From Camelus dromedarius (lineage: Eukaryota), in contig NC_087437.1 of assembly GCF_036321535.1 (NCBI RefSeq), forward strand, positions 82,214,001 to 82,278,000: a DNA stretch of 64,000 bases, in the 5' to 3' direction. The position numbers and the translations under genes were made by a program. Below, in pieces: positions 1-13,266 of the stretch. Below the pieces are notes generated by a model. That model had not been told where the DNA came from. It saw only the letters and a list, made by a program, of their open reading frames with translations, and ran no database searches. Numbering within the stretch: the first letter of the stretch is position 1; every line of letters begins with the position of its first letter.

Positions 1-2127
1 GGTGCATCCTCTATGTGACCTAGTCACCTAGCCCCCAGTGTGCTCCTGCTTTTAAGACTATTTCTCTGCCTCTGGACCTTGGGAGACCTCCTCTTGAACC
101 TTCACTGTTCTCATTAGTCGAGGGGAAGGAAGGTATTCCTTTGGTTCCTGGCTTTGGTATAGCCCTCTCCCCAGGGTCCTCTGGTTCTTACTTTGTGGAC
201 CGTTTTATGGATTTACACTCTCTGAAATCTGTTGAATAAACTAACACTAAGAGAAATGAATGATTAGCTACTTTATTGTTCTGTTTTCTTAATCTTCACG
301 TTGTAAGAAAGTTAGTACTAAATTGACTATGGCATATCACTAAAATTATATGATATTGGGGTAGATTCCAGTAAAAATTGAGTGCAGATCTTTGGTCAAA
401 AATGTAACCCTTGATTCTACTATTGTTTTCAGGATGCAACCTATTGTTTAAATTTATTTTGCCTTGTCTGGGAAATTTTAGGCTCCATTTAGGGCTGCCT
501 GGTTAATTCTCATGAAGAGAGATTGTGAAAATTCAAAAGTAACTGCCTTTGGGGGATTTCTGTTCCAGCATTTGATAAAGAGTAGGAATAGTATTAAGAT
601 ATTTATTAGAGGCAAAATTATTTTATGTAATATTGAGAACAAGAAAAAGATAAAAATCCTTGAATGGTTGAAAAGATTGCCAAGTCCCCAGCTAAGTACC
701 TCACGTGGGTAAGGTAGCCTGACTATTATATCCGTATTTTTTTTAATCACAGAAAATTGCTGTGGTGGATGAATTAGCACTCTTACTAAGAATGTATTCA
801 ATTTATTACCACATTACAGACTTAAATAAGCAAAATCAACGTGACTTGACTATAGGCTTTTAGTATCCATATGTGTTTGGATTGAAAACAAAATCTTTTG
901 CTATTCTATGTGGAAAGCCATTAGAAGAATTATAAATGGAAAAACAACATACCAGAATTTTTTTTAATAGACTTGAAAATTCTACAACATAGAGAAAAGG
1001 GGAGAAAAATGTATAGTGACATAGGGTATGGTATGGACGGTGCAGGGAAGGGGTAGTCTCTTCTTTTCTTCGCACTGACATCTTTTATTTGACAGATTTT
1101 TAAGTTCATGAGGAAACTGAGAAAGATTAACAAGGATGGAAATACTATCCTAATTTTCTTATCTAGTAGAATATAACTAAGTTAATATCATTTTGAGATT
1201 ATGTATGTAAAATATAATTCAAAATAAAAGATTGAAATTTGTAGCATTTGAAAAGTATTCATATTTTGGGCACACCATGGGTATACAAATTCCTGCTCCT
1301 TCTCACCACCTTTGATGATAGTGAGACAGTGTTAATTACGCAGCATCCTCTCCAACTTTTAACGCTGTATCTTGCATTACTTGCATTTGTCTTCTTACTG
1401 CTTGAGCTTACAATGTAGTTGATTGACATCATTTTTTCTTAGAGTTCTTATTACATAAGAATAAATTTATTTATTCCTTAGAGTGAGGCATTAAACTAGT
1501 ATATTTGAAGATGGTAAAATTTGCAAAATACTCAGAAATATTTTCTTTAGGAAAGCATAATTCAGTTGTAGGTATTACCAGAGAAAGTGGGGAGAAAAGT
1601 ACTGCCTTTTATTCTCCCTTTCCAGTTGTAGTTACACCAACAAATAGGATGACAATCCAGTCCAAAAATATTTCCATTTCTTTTAAGAGCAAGACCTTGA
1701 GGTCCACTTGAATTCTTGCACTGCCTCCCCTTCCCAGAACCTTTTTAAATTTTGGCAACATTTTGCAATTAGGTAATGGAAGCACAATTCCCGTTCAGAA
1801 AATTATTCTACAAGGTGCCAAATTCAGACATTATGAAGAAAATACACTACTCTACCTTAAGAAATGATTCTATCATTAAAATAATACAGACAATTCACAG
1901 ATAGCAGTGGGAAATGGATTGTTGATATCTGACAACTCTCCATTTCAGTGGGAAAAAGATGAACAACTGGCTTAAAGCAAAAGACAAACTCTCGTTAAAA
2001 AATAACAACTACTCGTTCAATAATGCTTTCTGTCTACTGGTCTATGTTTTCCAGCTTTCAGGCTGAGATGCTTGTAAATGATCCAACAGTGTGCCACCCT
2101 ACTACTTAGGAAGGCTAGCAGAGATAC

Positions 2128-2328
2128 ATCTGAATCTCAATCTTGACTCTAATTTAGTAGCTGGACAGTGTTGGGCAGTTTATATAACCTCTCTGAAGCC
2201 CCAGTTCTACAGATATACAATGGAAATAATGACTGCTGCCTTCCAGGATTGTTTTTAGCATTATAGAGAATAAATAGAAGATATCTAGTATAGTTGTATT
2301 CACCCAGGAGGTGCTCAATACACAAACT
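2128..2328 (+). mobile_element. MIR SINE fragment
   Basis: Core-like 'gtgttgggcagtttatataacctctctgaagccccagtt...aatggaaataat' and 3' 'aggtgctcaatacac'. Confidence 0.75.
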
Positions 2329-3128
2329 TGAAAAGACAGCTCTTATAAATTCATGCTCTGAGTATGGTCTCCATGGCATGTTTGGCTCACATCACCTGAT
2401 ACTGAAAGCCTGAGTGAATGCAGGACACTCTGAGATTTCAGACCTGATGACCACGCGGTACGTCCCAGGAGCTGAACCTGTTTGACTATTCCAAATAGTT
2501 TACTTAGTCAATCCACCTAAAAAAATAGCTCACTTCAGATCTTGGCCCCCAAACCTGTTTTCACAGAATGTTTGATTTTTCAGCTTATTGTTCTGATCAT
2601 ATGGAGGCAAAGTCACAGTGGTTCCAAGTCAACATTCACAGCACTTCTGCTTGGCTGAAAGAATCCATTGATGTAAAAACAGAATGTTTGCAACATGACA
2701 ATATTGGATTAAATATTTGGACTCTTCCTTTTCAGTGAGCTTGTTCAAGGAAGTCAGGGTAACTGGAAAGAATCATTTTTTTGGAAGGATCCCTGAGCGT
2801 TCATTTGGAATCACTGAATCACTGAAGCTCAGGCTGTAAGAAATCATGTGGTCCTCTCCACCTGCATCCCAGCAGGACCACCCACTCCCTTTCACAAACC
2901 AGAATTTGTCCTGTCTCTTAAGAGCTGCTGAGGAGGGAGTCCTGGAGGTTTTAAACAATTGTGAAAGATGCTTACATATTGTGCCTAGTTATAGCTCTTC
3001 CCACATCTATATAAAGCAAAAAAGAATTTCTGTTTTCAATGAATGATCTATCAATCTCAGTATGTGAAATAAGGTTCAATTTATATTTTTCTCTCCTGTG
3101 ATTTTATTCTCCTTTTTCCAGCCAGGAA

Positions 3129-3350
3129 CATTCATTCATTCAACAAATGTCTAATGAGTGCCTACAATCTGCTAGGCTCAGGGCTTGTTATGACTTTGGT
3201 AGATAAGGGAAGAAGAAAATGATAGACTTTGTCTTCTAGAATCCAGAATCTCACAGGGGAAAAAGACACGTGAAACAATAATTAAAATATGATAAAAATT
3301 GTAAATAGAGGTATGAAAAAATTCTATTAAAGTACACAAGAGAAAGTGAA
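3129..3350 (-). mobile_element. L2 LINE 3' end
   Basis: 'cattcattcattcaacaaatgtctaatgagtgcctac' is the typical reverse-complemented L2 3' terminus. Confidence 0.75.
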
Positions 3351-3889
3351 TAACAAAAAAGTTGGTGCTTTTTTTGTCTGGACTTTTTCTGAAACACTCA
3401 TCTTTCATTCAGAAGATATCAATTCTCTAGTCTTCCCTTCTGCACTTAGAAGCATGTTTCACAAAACTTAATGTCAGAAATTTCTTCCTTCTGTAACTTG
3501 AGTCTCTGGTGCAGAAGGGAGAGTGGGATGGGAATGGGTGCTGACTGAGTGGTACCCAGGGCAATGCGGGAGGTCGTTATTATTTTTCTCATTTTCCAGA
3601 TTTTATTCACCATTGAATTTCTGATGTAATAGTGTTTGAATAGGTGGAAGAGGAAACTGAGCATCAGAGGTTAAGGGACATGCCTGAGGTCACATAGCTG
3701 ATAAATTCTTACATGTTCTGTGGTCTTTACACAACTCTCAGCCACTTAAGCCTTTTCTAATGATTTCAAGACTTGGTGGAGATGGGGAATGTCAGATTAT
3801 ATTTCTCTGTATAAAGGGTTTTCCCACACGTGAAAATCAAATCCGATAGCTTGCTTTTCTTGTTGCATAGCCATTTCATCAATCCTAAT

Positions 3890-4085
3890 GGTGAAGAGAG
3901 CTTACTCTGGAGTTCAGATCCCAGCTCTTCTGCTTGTTAGGTACTGAACAAATGGCAGTCTTCTCAATAAAATGAGAATAACAATAACATTTCTGTCATA
4001 GGGCTGTTGTGAAAGGAGATAATGAATATATTGTGCTTAGTACAGAGCCTTAATATAGAAGCCCTTAATACACATGGGCTAATAT
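3890..4085 (+). mobile_element. MIR SINE fragment
   Basis: 'gttcagatcccagctcttctgcttgttag...agggctgttgtgaaagg'. Confidence 0.6.
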
Positions 4086-4109
4086 CTGTCCCGATGTCAA
4101 GATATTCTT

Positions 4110-4350
4110 GAGAGGTGTGGCAATCTCCCTTAGTGACTTGTTTCAGAGCCCCAACTAGGAAATTCTTCTTTAGTTCCAACCCAAAGGGCCACTTTCTACT
4201 GTAATTGAAGGTGGTTTCCTTAGGTTCTAGTCTCTGAGAAAATATAGAGCAGCTGGTCTTTTATATTCTTGGTAACTTTTATTAAGCCAGCCACATATTT
4301 TGTTTCTAGACTAGATATCCTCCCCAGCCAGAACTTCTTCCTATGTAAAT
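4110..4350 (-). mobile_element. Probable CR1/L3 LINE fragment
   Basis: 'actaggaaattcttctttagttccaacccaaa' resembles recalled L3 RT-region motifs; heavily decayed. Confidence 0.35.
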
Positions 4351-7209
4351 TTTTTTTTTCCATTCTAATCTTTCAGTCTCCTTTAGACCCTTAAGGAACA
4401 AGGCCATTGGTGTAAAAACTTTGCAGTTGGAAAATACAAGAGATTTTTCTTAGAAAATAGAGTGTACAGTTGCTGACCTAGAATTACTGGAAAATCTTAG
4501 CCAGGGATAGGTAATGAAACAGTTGCTAATGAAGTAACTCGGAAGGAAATTTCTCTGGGTATTAAAAATACACCCCAGTCCATATTTGTGCATCTTTTAG
4601 CCCAGTAATTCTTCTTGTAAATGTGTTGGCCTATTTTTCTTACTATCTCAGGTAGAGGTTCTGCCTCCATCATTGCCATGCCAGAAACAGATAGAAGCTT
4701 TTCTACAAATATTAAGCAATTTGCAAAAAGAGTAGAGTAATTCTGGAAAGACCTGTAGAGATACTTTATCTCAAGTCTCATGATCATGCACCAAGTTAGG
4801 GGGAGTGAAGTATTCTGACTTCCATTTCAAAGCTCTTTATTTGATATCAAGAACAGCCTTTTATCTTGTTGATTTCAATAAACTAATAGGCTTCTAATGA
4901 TACATGAAATGCAATTGCCTAATAATGACCTGAAACTACGTCATAGAAAGACAGAAGAAGACTTTCCATAACGTATTGAACAAATATAATTTTCCCATTT
5001 TCTGGGGATTATAGGAAGCAGCTAGTAATAAAATTCTACAAAGAGAATATAGATGGGAAGATTGCTCTCTTTTTCTCCTTTTCTTTGTTATTATACAAAT
5101 GTCACATCCCATGTGTCCAGCTTCTGTCTGGATTGAGTACAGAAAAGGGCAGTTGGTAGTAATATGATTTCATATTCTTAAACTGATCTCCCTTGGCTTT
5201 TACAATTACCTAATGACTGTTTTCAAGCACGTCTTGGACTTAGAAGATTGCAACCTTGGCTCAGAAAGAAGCAGTCTTACTCCTCAGGCTATTTTCTTAA
5301 GCTCTGAAAGCTTTAGTGAAATAATGGGTTATTATGTCACATATGGTGCTCATCTCAGATGACTGCTAGAAGTTGCTGAGTTCTATATCCGTAAGAGATA
5401 CCCATATGTGCGTAGAGTGAGTTCGTGTGTCAACATTTATACAGAGAATAATCTTCTGTGCTTTTCATCCCTCAGTATTTGGGACAGTCTTATTTGTAGC
5501 GGGAGAAAGAAAAATCTAAAAATATCTTTATAGGATACTCAAACATGAGTCCGAAAGAGTGGTTTTAAAATAAATTATCCTCTATTTCCTAATGTGAAAA
5601 ATACTATCTGATGGATTTTTGTCATTATAGTGTTCTCTTTCCCAATGAGCTCCCCTCAAAATTATAAACACTAATAACTGTTTCAATGGAGAATTTGAAC
5701 AATTCTGCTACAGATTATTTTTAGTTACACACAAGGGAGAAGTAGAATAAATCTTGAGAGGCAATCTAGTTGCAGGAAAAAAACAACAGAAAAATGGATA
5801 TCTAGTTTACTATCTGAGAAAATTTCAGGATGCCCAATGTGCTGACTTTACCTGGTCTCAAATTTTATCTTCTAGTTGAACATGGTGCTAACAACGTCTC
5901 CTTCTAGTGCAAAAGTACAAAATGACTCCTCTTCCATATTCACCATTGTCTTCCCTTTCTTAAAACTCTCCTCTAGGCCAACAAGGAAGATTTCATCACA
6001 GGCACTTACGTTACATGGTGTATCAAGTCCAAGTCAGAATGCTAAACAATGGTTGAGAAACAAACCAGCAGTTGTTTGAGAATTATCATTGGCCAGTGAC
6101 TCAGTCCCCAACATTTCAGACAAGTTGTTTTGGGAATTGTATGGCCTTAAGCAGGGAAAGTCAAACTTGTTCACTCACATGCTGAGGGGAAGCAAGGAAG
6201 GTGGTCATTTGTTCCTCTGGATAAATGTGTTCCACCCACTCCTAGCCACAGTGGGAGTGAAGGACGGGGCTTTTGGCCTAAAGGGTGGAGTCACAGTCAT
6301 CCCCCTCATTTCCTCATAAGGATGTTGGGGAGACCAATGAGATCATGTCTATGAAGTAGATTGACTGGAATGTGCTCATGTTGTCCAATGTAAATTATGC
6401 CAATAAATTTTTTTTAATTCCCCTTTTCTTTTCTCACAACTCTCACAAACCACTGGCAACCTGTGCAGATTGTCCCATGTCCTTAAGTTCAAGTCCCTCT
6501 GCCAGTACACCCTGAGTAATTCATTTGTGGTCTGTGTGCAGATGGCCAAATCTTAGTTCTTTGTCTTGCAGAGCCTTCCCATAGACAGCTAGAGCTGTTC
6601 TGATTGAGGAACTGTATGGAAAAGTACAATGGAAGACTAGTAGTTGGCCATGCTGTCTAGCAAATTCATCATAAAGTCACATAATATTGAGTTCTCTAGA
6701 CCTTGCTTGAGATGGTATTCAGAAGTTCTCTATTCAAAATTGCTTCTCTAGACACTTTGTATAATTTCACGTGATATACTACAAGATATTCTGCATTAGG
6801 AATCTATCTGATTACATGCTTTTAAGAGACCAAGAAAGACCTCTGACCATCATATATGAATTTATTCCTTTTGGTACTCTTTCTCTAAGATATAAAACCC
6901 AATTTAAAACCAGTGTCTTTAAAGAATACTTTCCTAGAGTCCATTTCTGTTTTCTGATGTTATCACAGAATCACTGATAAATATTCAAATACCTTTGATA
7001 TCTTGCTTTTAAGAAATGTATCGGCTAACAAAAGAAAGAACGAGGAAGAAAAAGACTTGGGGATTGGTTTTAAAAATTATTATCAAAATTTAGTTTTATT
7101 TACATGGATTTGGGGTCTATTTTTTAGCGGTTTTCCCATCATATTATATTACTCATAAAACAGTAATTTCTTGATGTTTATACCCTAATTTCCTTCACAC
7201 ATACCTGCT

Positions 7210-8130
7210 AAGCTAATGTTTTAAATGTTATTGTAAATAATATGTTTTATAGTTTTATTTTCTATTTGTTTAATGTTTGTATATAAAAGTTAATAGCTTT
7301 TTAAATATTGGACCTTGTATCCAAGGGGCTTGATATATGCATTTAGTAATTCTAATTATGAATAATGAAAATTACATTTTTCCTTTCCTATTCTTATAAC
7401 TTTTATTTCTGTTTCTTGTCTTACTACACTGACTGTGACGTTGAGTGTATTTTGAATAAAAATGGTGGTAGTGGGCATCCTTGCCTTGTTCCAGAAGTCA
7501 CAAGTAAGGATAATGTTTACTACAGAATTTTTGTTGAGTACACTGTCAGATTAAAAAAGTTCCCTTGGTTTGCTAGGTTCTTCTCTCATAAATAGGTGTT
7601 GAACTTTATCGAATGCTTTTTCAGAAACTATTGAACTTATTACATGATTTTCTCTTTTTTCCTATAAATGTAGTGAATTACATTAAATAATTTTGACTCA
7701 TAAACCATCCTTGCATTCCTGAAAAAAAGCCCATTTGATCATACTAAGGTTGTTTTTTATTTTTGCATCTATGAATCTGCTGTTTTTCTTTTCTTATAGT
7801 GTCCTTGTAGGATTCTACTGGGCTGATAATAAGTAGGAGAAGGTCTCTCATCTCTTTTTTCTATTCTCTGGAAGGATTTGTGTTAGATTACTGTTATTTA
7901 TTCTTTTAATTCTGAAATAATTCACTGGTGAAACTATCCGGAAAGTAGAGTCTTCTTTGTGGGAAGATTTATAAAAATAGGTTCAATTTCTTTCATAATA
8001 TTGGACCTTTCAGGTTTTTATTTTTTTGTGTGTCAGTTTGGTAATAATTTCATATAAATTGTCATATTTACTGGCATAAAGTATTTCATAATATCTCCTA
8101 ATAATCTTTTAAATGTATGACAGTTTACAG
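7210..8130 (-). mobile_element. Old L1 (L1M/L1ME-type) ORF2 remnant
   Basis: 'aataaaaatggtggtagtgggcatccttgccttgttcc', 'aaaccatccttgcattcctg', 'aattcactggtgaaactatc' are antisense L1 ORF2 motifs. Confidence 0.8.
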
Positions 8131-9281
8131 TGCTATTATTTCTACAACCAGCAATAATGCCAAATACAGTTATCAGTTCTTGAAGTTTGCCAAGCCATTC
8201 CCTATTGATTATCATACTTATTTATGCCATGAAATGAGATGAAATAGCACTGACATGAATCACACACCTTTTTAATCTCTGTGTTTGGAGGCTTGTGGCT
8301 TGGATGATCTGAGGTACACCAGCAATAGCTCATAAATATTTCAGTTCAATTTCAGTTGCCTTTTGTTCTTGAGATTATTCCAAGGATGAGTTGGTGAATG
8401 CAGATCCCTAGATGAAGAGTGTGATGTTCAGAGGGGATGATATGGGAGGCTTTTAACTAAAATACTTCTGATGTCAGACATTTCAACTTCCAGCAGTGTA
8501 GCCTAGTAATTGTGTCACAAAATCAAGCATCTTTTGCTTCATTAGTTACCAACTGTGTGACTTGGGTGAGTAACCTAATTAACTTGTAGTATTCTTTTCC
8601 AGAATATGAAGTTGAATTAACATGATTTTCCCTTTGTGCCTCACTAGTGCGCATAACAAATAATGAAATATTGTAGATAGTGTCTTATGCTCCAGGGAGC
8701 ATCCAGAAAGAAGGTCTTAACCTGTGAAGTTGATAGAAGCACCTCTGATCTCTTATGATAATTTTTCTCTGGGCTAAAAATAATGCCAGATAGGTGGCAA
8801 TTGAAAGAGATCTCTGAGGAGCTGCAAAACATCAGTTTACTACGCCCACCGTTCTCTATGGCATCATGAAGCATCACATGGAACTGTTCGAGAAACAGAT
8901 AGCGGAAGCACACTTCCTCGGATGATGAATGGTGTGATAAAGTCCAAGAGAATAACCAAACAAAAAGACATTTCTCTAGTTGTTCCTAGACTGCCTCAGT
9001 AAGAAAGTGGATTTCAAGCTGGGAAGGACTGCAGAGATCTTTGAGTCTGGTGCCCCTAAGGAAAACTGAGCTCTCCGAGATTAAATGACACTTATAGTGG
9101 AGAAACTTATGATTCAGGTGTCTTTTGCTTTAAGGAAAACCAGACTCCAAAATTCTAAACGTGAAAACAGATAAAGGGTCATTATTAATTTACAAAGGAT
9201 TTCCATCATTCAGTAAATAACCCTCTGCATTATTCGACAAGCGGCAAATTCCCAGAGCCTTTAAAAAGTGATTTCACTTGT

Positions 9282-9592
9282 AAACATTTGATTTTATTAA
9301 TTTTATTTTTAATTTTAAAATTTTTTCAATTTTAATTTTTAACACCTTTATTGTGGTATGATTCCTGTACAGTAAACTACACATATTTCAGATGTACAAT
9401 TTGATGAATTTTGATAGGTGTATATACCCAAGAAACCACCACCACAATCAAGACAGCTGACATTTCCATCACTCCCCAAGAGGTACAAATTTTGAATTCC
9501 CAGTTTATCCTTTCTCAATCCCCTTTACCCCATGGTAACCATAAGTTTGTTCTCTATGTCTGTGAATCTGTTTCTGACAAATATTTGATTTT
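9282..9592 (-). mobile_element. TSD-bounded chimeric L1 3' insertion
   Basis: Direct repeats aaacatttgatttt (9282-9295) and aaatatttgatttt (9579-9592); T-rich tail 9296-9342; old-type L1 3' end 9343-9482; younger L1 3'UTR piece 9485-9578. Confidence 0.7.
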
Positions 9593-10369
9593 TATGCAGA
9601 GTTTCAGTAACACATTTGTTGAGGGAGGCAAGGTGTGCTAATAGTCTCTCTGTGAGCTGGGTGTTTGCCAGAGCACACACGACTAGGAACAATTGATGGC
9701 ATTTTCCCAGGTGCTGAGGTATGTGGATGTTGTTGCTTTTACTGAACAAAATGCAGAGCCTGGGCTGTACAAGCTGGCAGAGAGAGGGTGGGCCACGAAC
9801 TGGGGCTGGAGGGCCTTTCGAGTCTGAGGCAGTGGCAGGATATTGCTTTCCTCTCGTCAGCCACACCTTCAAGAGTTTTTTTTAATGGATACAATACATG
9901 TTATCACAAAGGTATATAAAAAATGGAACAGAAGTTGGGTGGAGTAGCAACACCACAGTCGGAAACCTTCACCTCCGAGTTGACAGGGTGGGGTGAGCAA
10001 GTCACTCCTTGCCAAGCATGTTTATCTTGGCTCCCAGGAGCAGCAGGGGGGCGTGAGGGCCCCCCTCTTGCCACAAAGCCTAAGTGTTCTTCTTTTGCCT
10101 CAACTCCCTGCAAGGGATTTCCTGTAAACAGTCTCAACAAGGGGTTTTGATTGAAAAAAAGGAAGGGTTATTTAGATTCATTACCTTTAAGGCACCCATT
10201 CATGAAAAAAAAGCAAACGATCATGAAAAGATATAGTGAAGGATTGCTTTTTTCTGGAAGCTTCAACATAATGTGCCTTGAGATTTTTCCATAAAATCAT
10301 GAAATCATTAGGCTAGGTTATGGTTAGGAACAGTTTCTTAGAGATATTTAATGTAAATTTAAAATATAA

Positions 10370-10712
10370 TAATAGTAACTAACAATATTGAGGGCTGTTC
10401 TAAGTGCTTTATATATATTAATTCATGTACTTTACACAGCAATTATATTATTCAGTAACCCTCTGCATTCATTCAATAAGCGGCAGATTCCCAGTATATT
10501 CAAGTACCAGTAGTGCCTATGTGGTAGGCACTATCACCATCATCATCATCATCATCATCATCCCTATTGTCCATATGTGGAAACTGAAGTGCACAGAGGT
10601 TAAAAAGCTTGCCCACAGTCGCACACTTGGTAGTAAGTGCTGGAGGATGGATTCAAACTTGGGGAATCTGACTCTAGAATTGGGAGTCCTAAAACCCACG
10701 CTCTGCTGCTTC
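10370..10712 (-). mobile_element. MIR SINE interrupted by a ~70-bp insertion and a (CAT)n repeat
   Basis: 'gctgttctaagtgctttatatatattaattcat' ... 'gaaactgaagtgcacagaggttaaaaagcttgccc...ggattcaaac'. Confidence 0.8.
10538..10561. repeat. (CAT)8 microsatellite
   Basis: Eight perfect CAT units counted. Confidence 0.95.
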
Positions 10713-11419
10713 TTTAAATGTGGTACATAAAATGAGATTTTAAAAGAAATACCTGAAAACTAACAATTGTCTCAGAGTCAGAGTAAAACAAAGGCAGGAG
10801 AATAAAATAATAATAGAAAACAAAAAAATTTTCCCCCAGATACTGTTGTTTAAAATTTACTTTCGTATAGGTGTTAAGGACTAGTAACAGGGAAACTGTT
10901 TAATGCAGTGAATAATAAGCTCGTGTTACTTATACCAAAGCCAAAAAACTATTTTAAAAACTGTTATAAAGAGATATAAAATGATTTAGACAAATTCATA
11001 GGTGGTGGTGGTCTCATAATGGATCTTGAAGGGAAGGAGAGTATCTCTAATATCTGAACCTGAAAAATTCAGTCAGCTTCTTTTTCCCTAGAAATTCAAG
11101 CACTTTTAATCAAAGAAGGCAACTAAGCCCTTCTCCCTCAATTTTGGTGCCAAAGTAAATGATACTAAACTATGTAAACTGTCTGTTGTCCATTCACTAA
11201 CCAAATGTAATAATTTTAATGGACTTATGGCCTTGTGTCATTTTTCACTACAAAGGATTCTTAAATGTTAAAAAAAAAAAGTCTGCCAAAAATGGAAGAA
11301 GTGAAAGTTTGGTAAGTCAAAGAAGTGAATCTGTTTCTTACTTGTCACGCACTACCTCAATAAACTATCTAGCTACAACAACCCCCAAATTTATTTCTTT
11401 CAGCTACAAAATTGATTTC

Positions 11420-12470
11420 TGGGATGGTTGGCTGACTAAGCAGATGTGGGAAGCATATCTTTTAATGTAATACACATAGTAATGCCAGCTATAATATAAA
11501 TTTTAAAATATTAGCTGCAAAGCTGAGTTCAAAAGCCAGAAAGGGAAATCTCTTAAATAGCAGGAAATAGATGGAACTTAAGTCATTGTAATGAGTGGTG
11601 ATTGATGCCAGTCAGGCCAAGGCTGTTAGCATGAGTACATGCTTTAGAAGCTAATGTCAAAAGTACTTTGTACAGTGGGGAAATGTATCTGAGAATAGCC
11701 TGTCCAATTCATAAAGGGGGGCAGGAAACTCTGGTGTAGAGACAGGCTTGGGATATAGTATGGGGATGTGGCCTGGAAATAGATCATTTACCTGGCCACA
11801 GGTGAAAAACTTGTGAAAACTGAAAGTCCATATCTAGGCTCCTTGTGGGATATGAGTTTGAATATCCCAAGTAGTATAGAAACAAACCCTCAGAGTCTAA
11901 GGAAGCTGGTCTAGAATGTGAAACTCATAGAGCTCCAGCAGAGGAAAATGCAAAACTACTCAAAAAGGAATCTCCACACTTCAGGGTATAATCAGTATAG
12001 AGGTGGGAGGCAGTTCTCTATGCATAAAGACGAGCTCATAGGCCAGTATTACAAAGCACAAGCCAAAACTCACTGCCTAAGAGAGAGTTAACTGATGGAA
12101 CTAATGGAAGAATTCTACCAGATAAATTAACTATTGGTGTAATTGTCAAAAGGAGACTCAAAAATAAGTATATTAAGAATGATCAGTGACCGCAGAATGA
12201 ATAAATTTATAAGAAAAAAGAGGGCATACTGAAAAAGGGGAGGTTAAAAAAAAGAACGAAACATAAATTACAGAAATGAAATACGTTACTAAAATAAAAA
12301 TTCAAGATAAGGGTTGAACAAAACCTGGATAAACTGAAGACATAAGGAAAGCATGCAGAATATAGTCCAAAGAGAAAAAGAGATGGAAAATATAAGAGAA
12401 GTTAAGAAAACACGGAAGGTAGGAAAGAGTAGTTCCAATACACATCTAATGGAAGCACCAAAACCCTATG
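11420..12470 (+). mobile_element. Ancient L1ME/HAL1-type 5' region and ORF1 remnant
   Basis: A-rich 'agagaaaaagagatggaaaatataagagaagttaagaaaacacggaagg...agttccaatacacatctaatggaag' is typical of old L1 ORF1; 5' boundary uncertain. Confidence 0.6.
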
Positions 12471-13250
12471 AATCAAAGTAGTAGTTATTTTTTACATAAA
12501 AGAAGAAATAATGTTATCTACATATAAGAAAGTTGACGTTGAAATAGAGAATAGGTTTTTTACCTCTCTTTTCAATAGCTTTTCTGGAAATGTGGAAGTT
12601 TCACTAACTTTTCCTGTTCTGAGCTGTGGAGACTGCCTATGGATTAGTTTCGTGATTGCCTCTGTGGAGCCCTTCAGGTTTCAACAGTTCCAGATAACTT
12701 GTGTCTTTTCTCGTAAAAGCCCTCAGGCTAGATAACTGTATAATTCAGTTAGTGTGTTTTGTAGACGATGATCACTTGAATAACCAAAGTTCCCAAAGTC
12801 CTGCTTTTTTCTTTTTTAGCAGGTTTGACAGAGATGGTCTAAATAATCGAATACTTACTCCTCTCAAAATTTGGTATACATAATCAAGAGCTCTAACTTT
12901 TCTACTTTAGAATATCTTCCCATCAAAGAAATTTTAAAATGTTTCTGAACTGTAAGGCATCTGAAGAATTATCTTTTTGACAATACTCTCAAAGAAGGCT
13001 TTGATATCACATACATCTTAATTATTACTTTTGTTTTCATACTTAAAAAATAATTTTACTCATTTTCTTTTGAATTCATCTTCCTTCCCCCTAGTTCATG
13101 CTCCATATTCTTTAAGTTTTTTTTTTTTCCTTCAAGGATTTTGGTTGCACATTTATAGAGAATTGGTAGAAAGTAATTACACTTTTTAAGCCACTGCCCC
13201 CCCATCAGTCACACAGACACAGACTCTTACACACCCACACCCAGCCACCT

Positions 13251-13266
13251 CCCCCCCCCCCCCCCC
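13251..13266. repeat. C16 homopolymer
   Basis: 16 consecutive C. Confidence 0.9.

Noticed and set aside
10038..10056. CTCF-like motif gcagcaggggggcg
   Set aside because: An extra G breaks the core spacing, so the match is only partial.
10517..10699. ORFs with poly-Met or poly-Ile
   Set aside because: Translation of (CAT)8 within a MIR.
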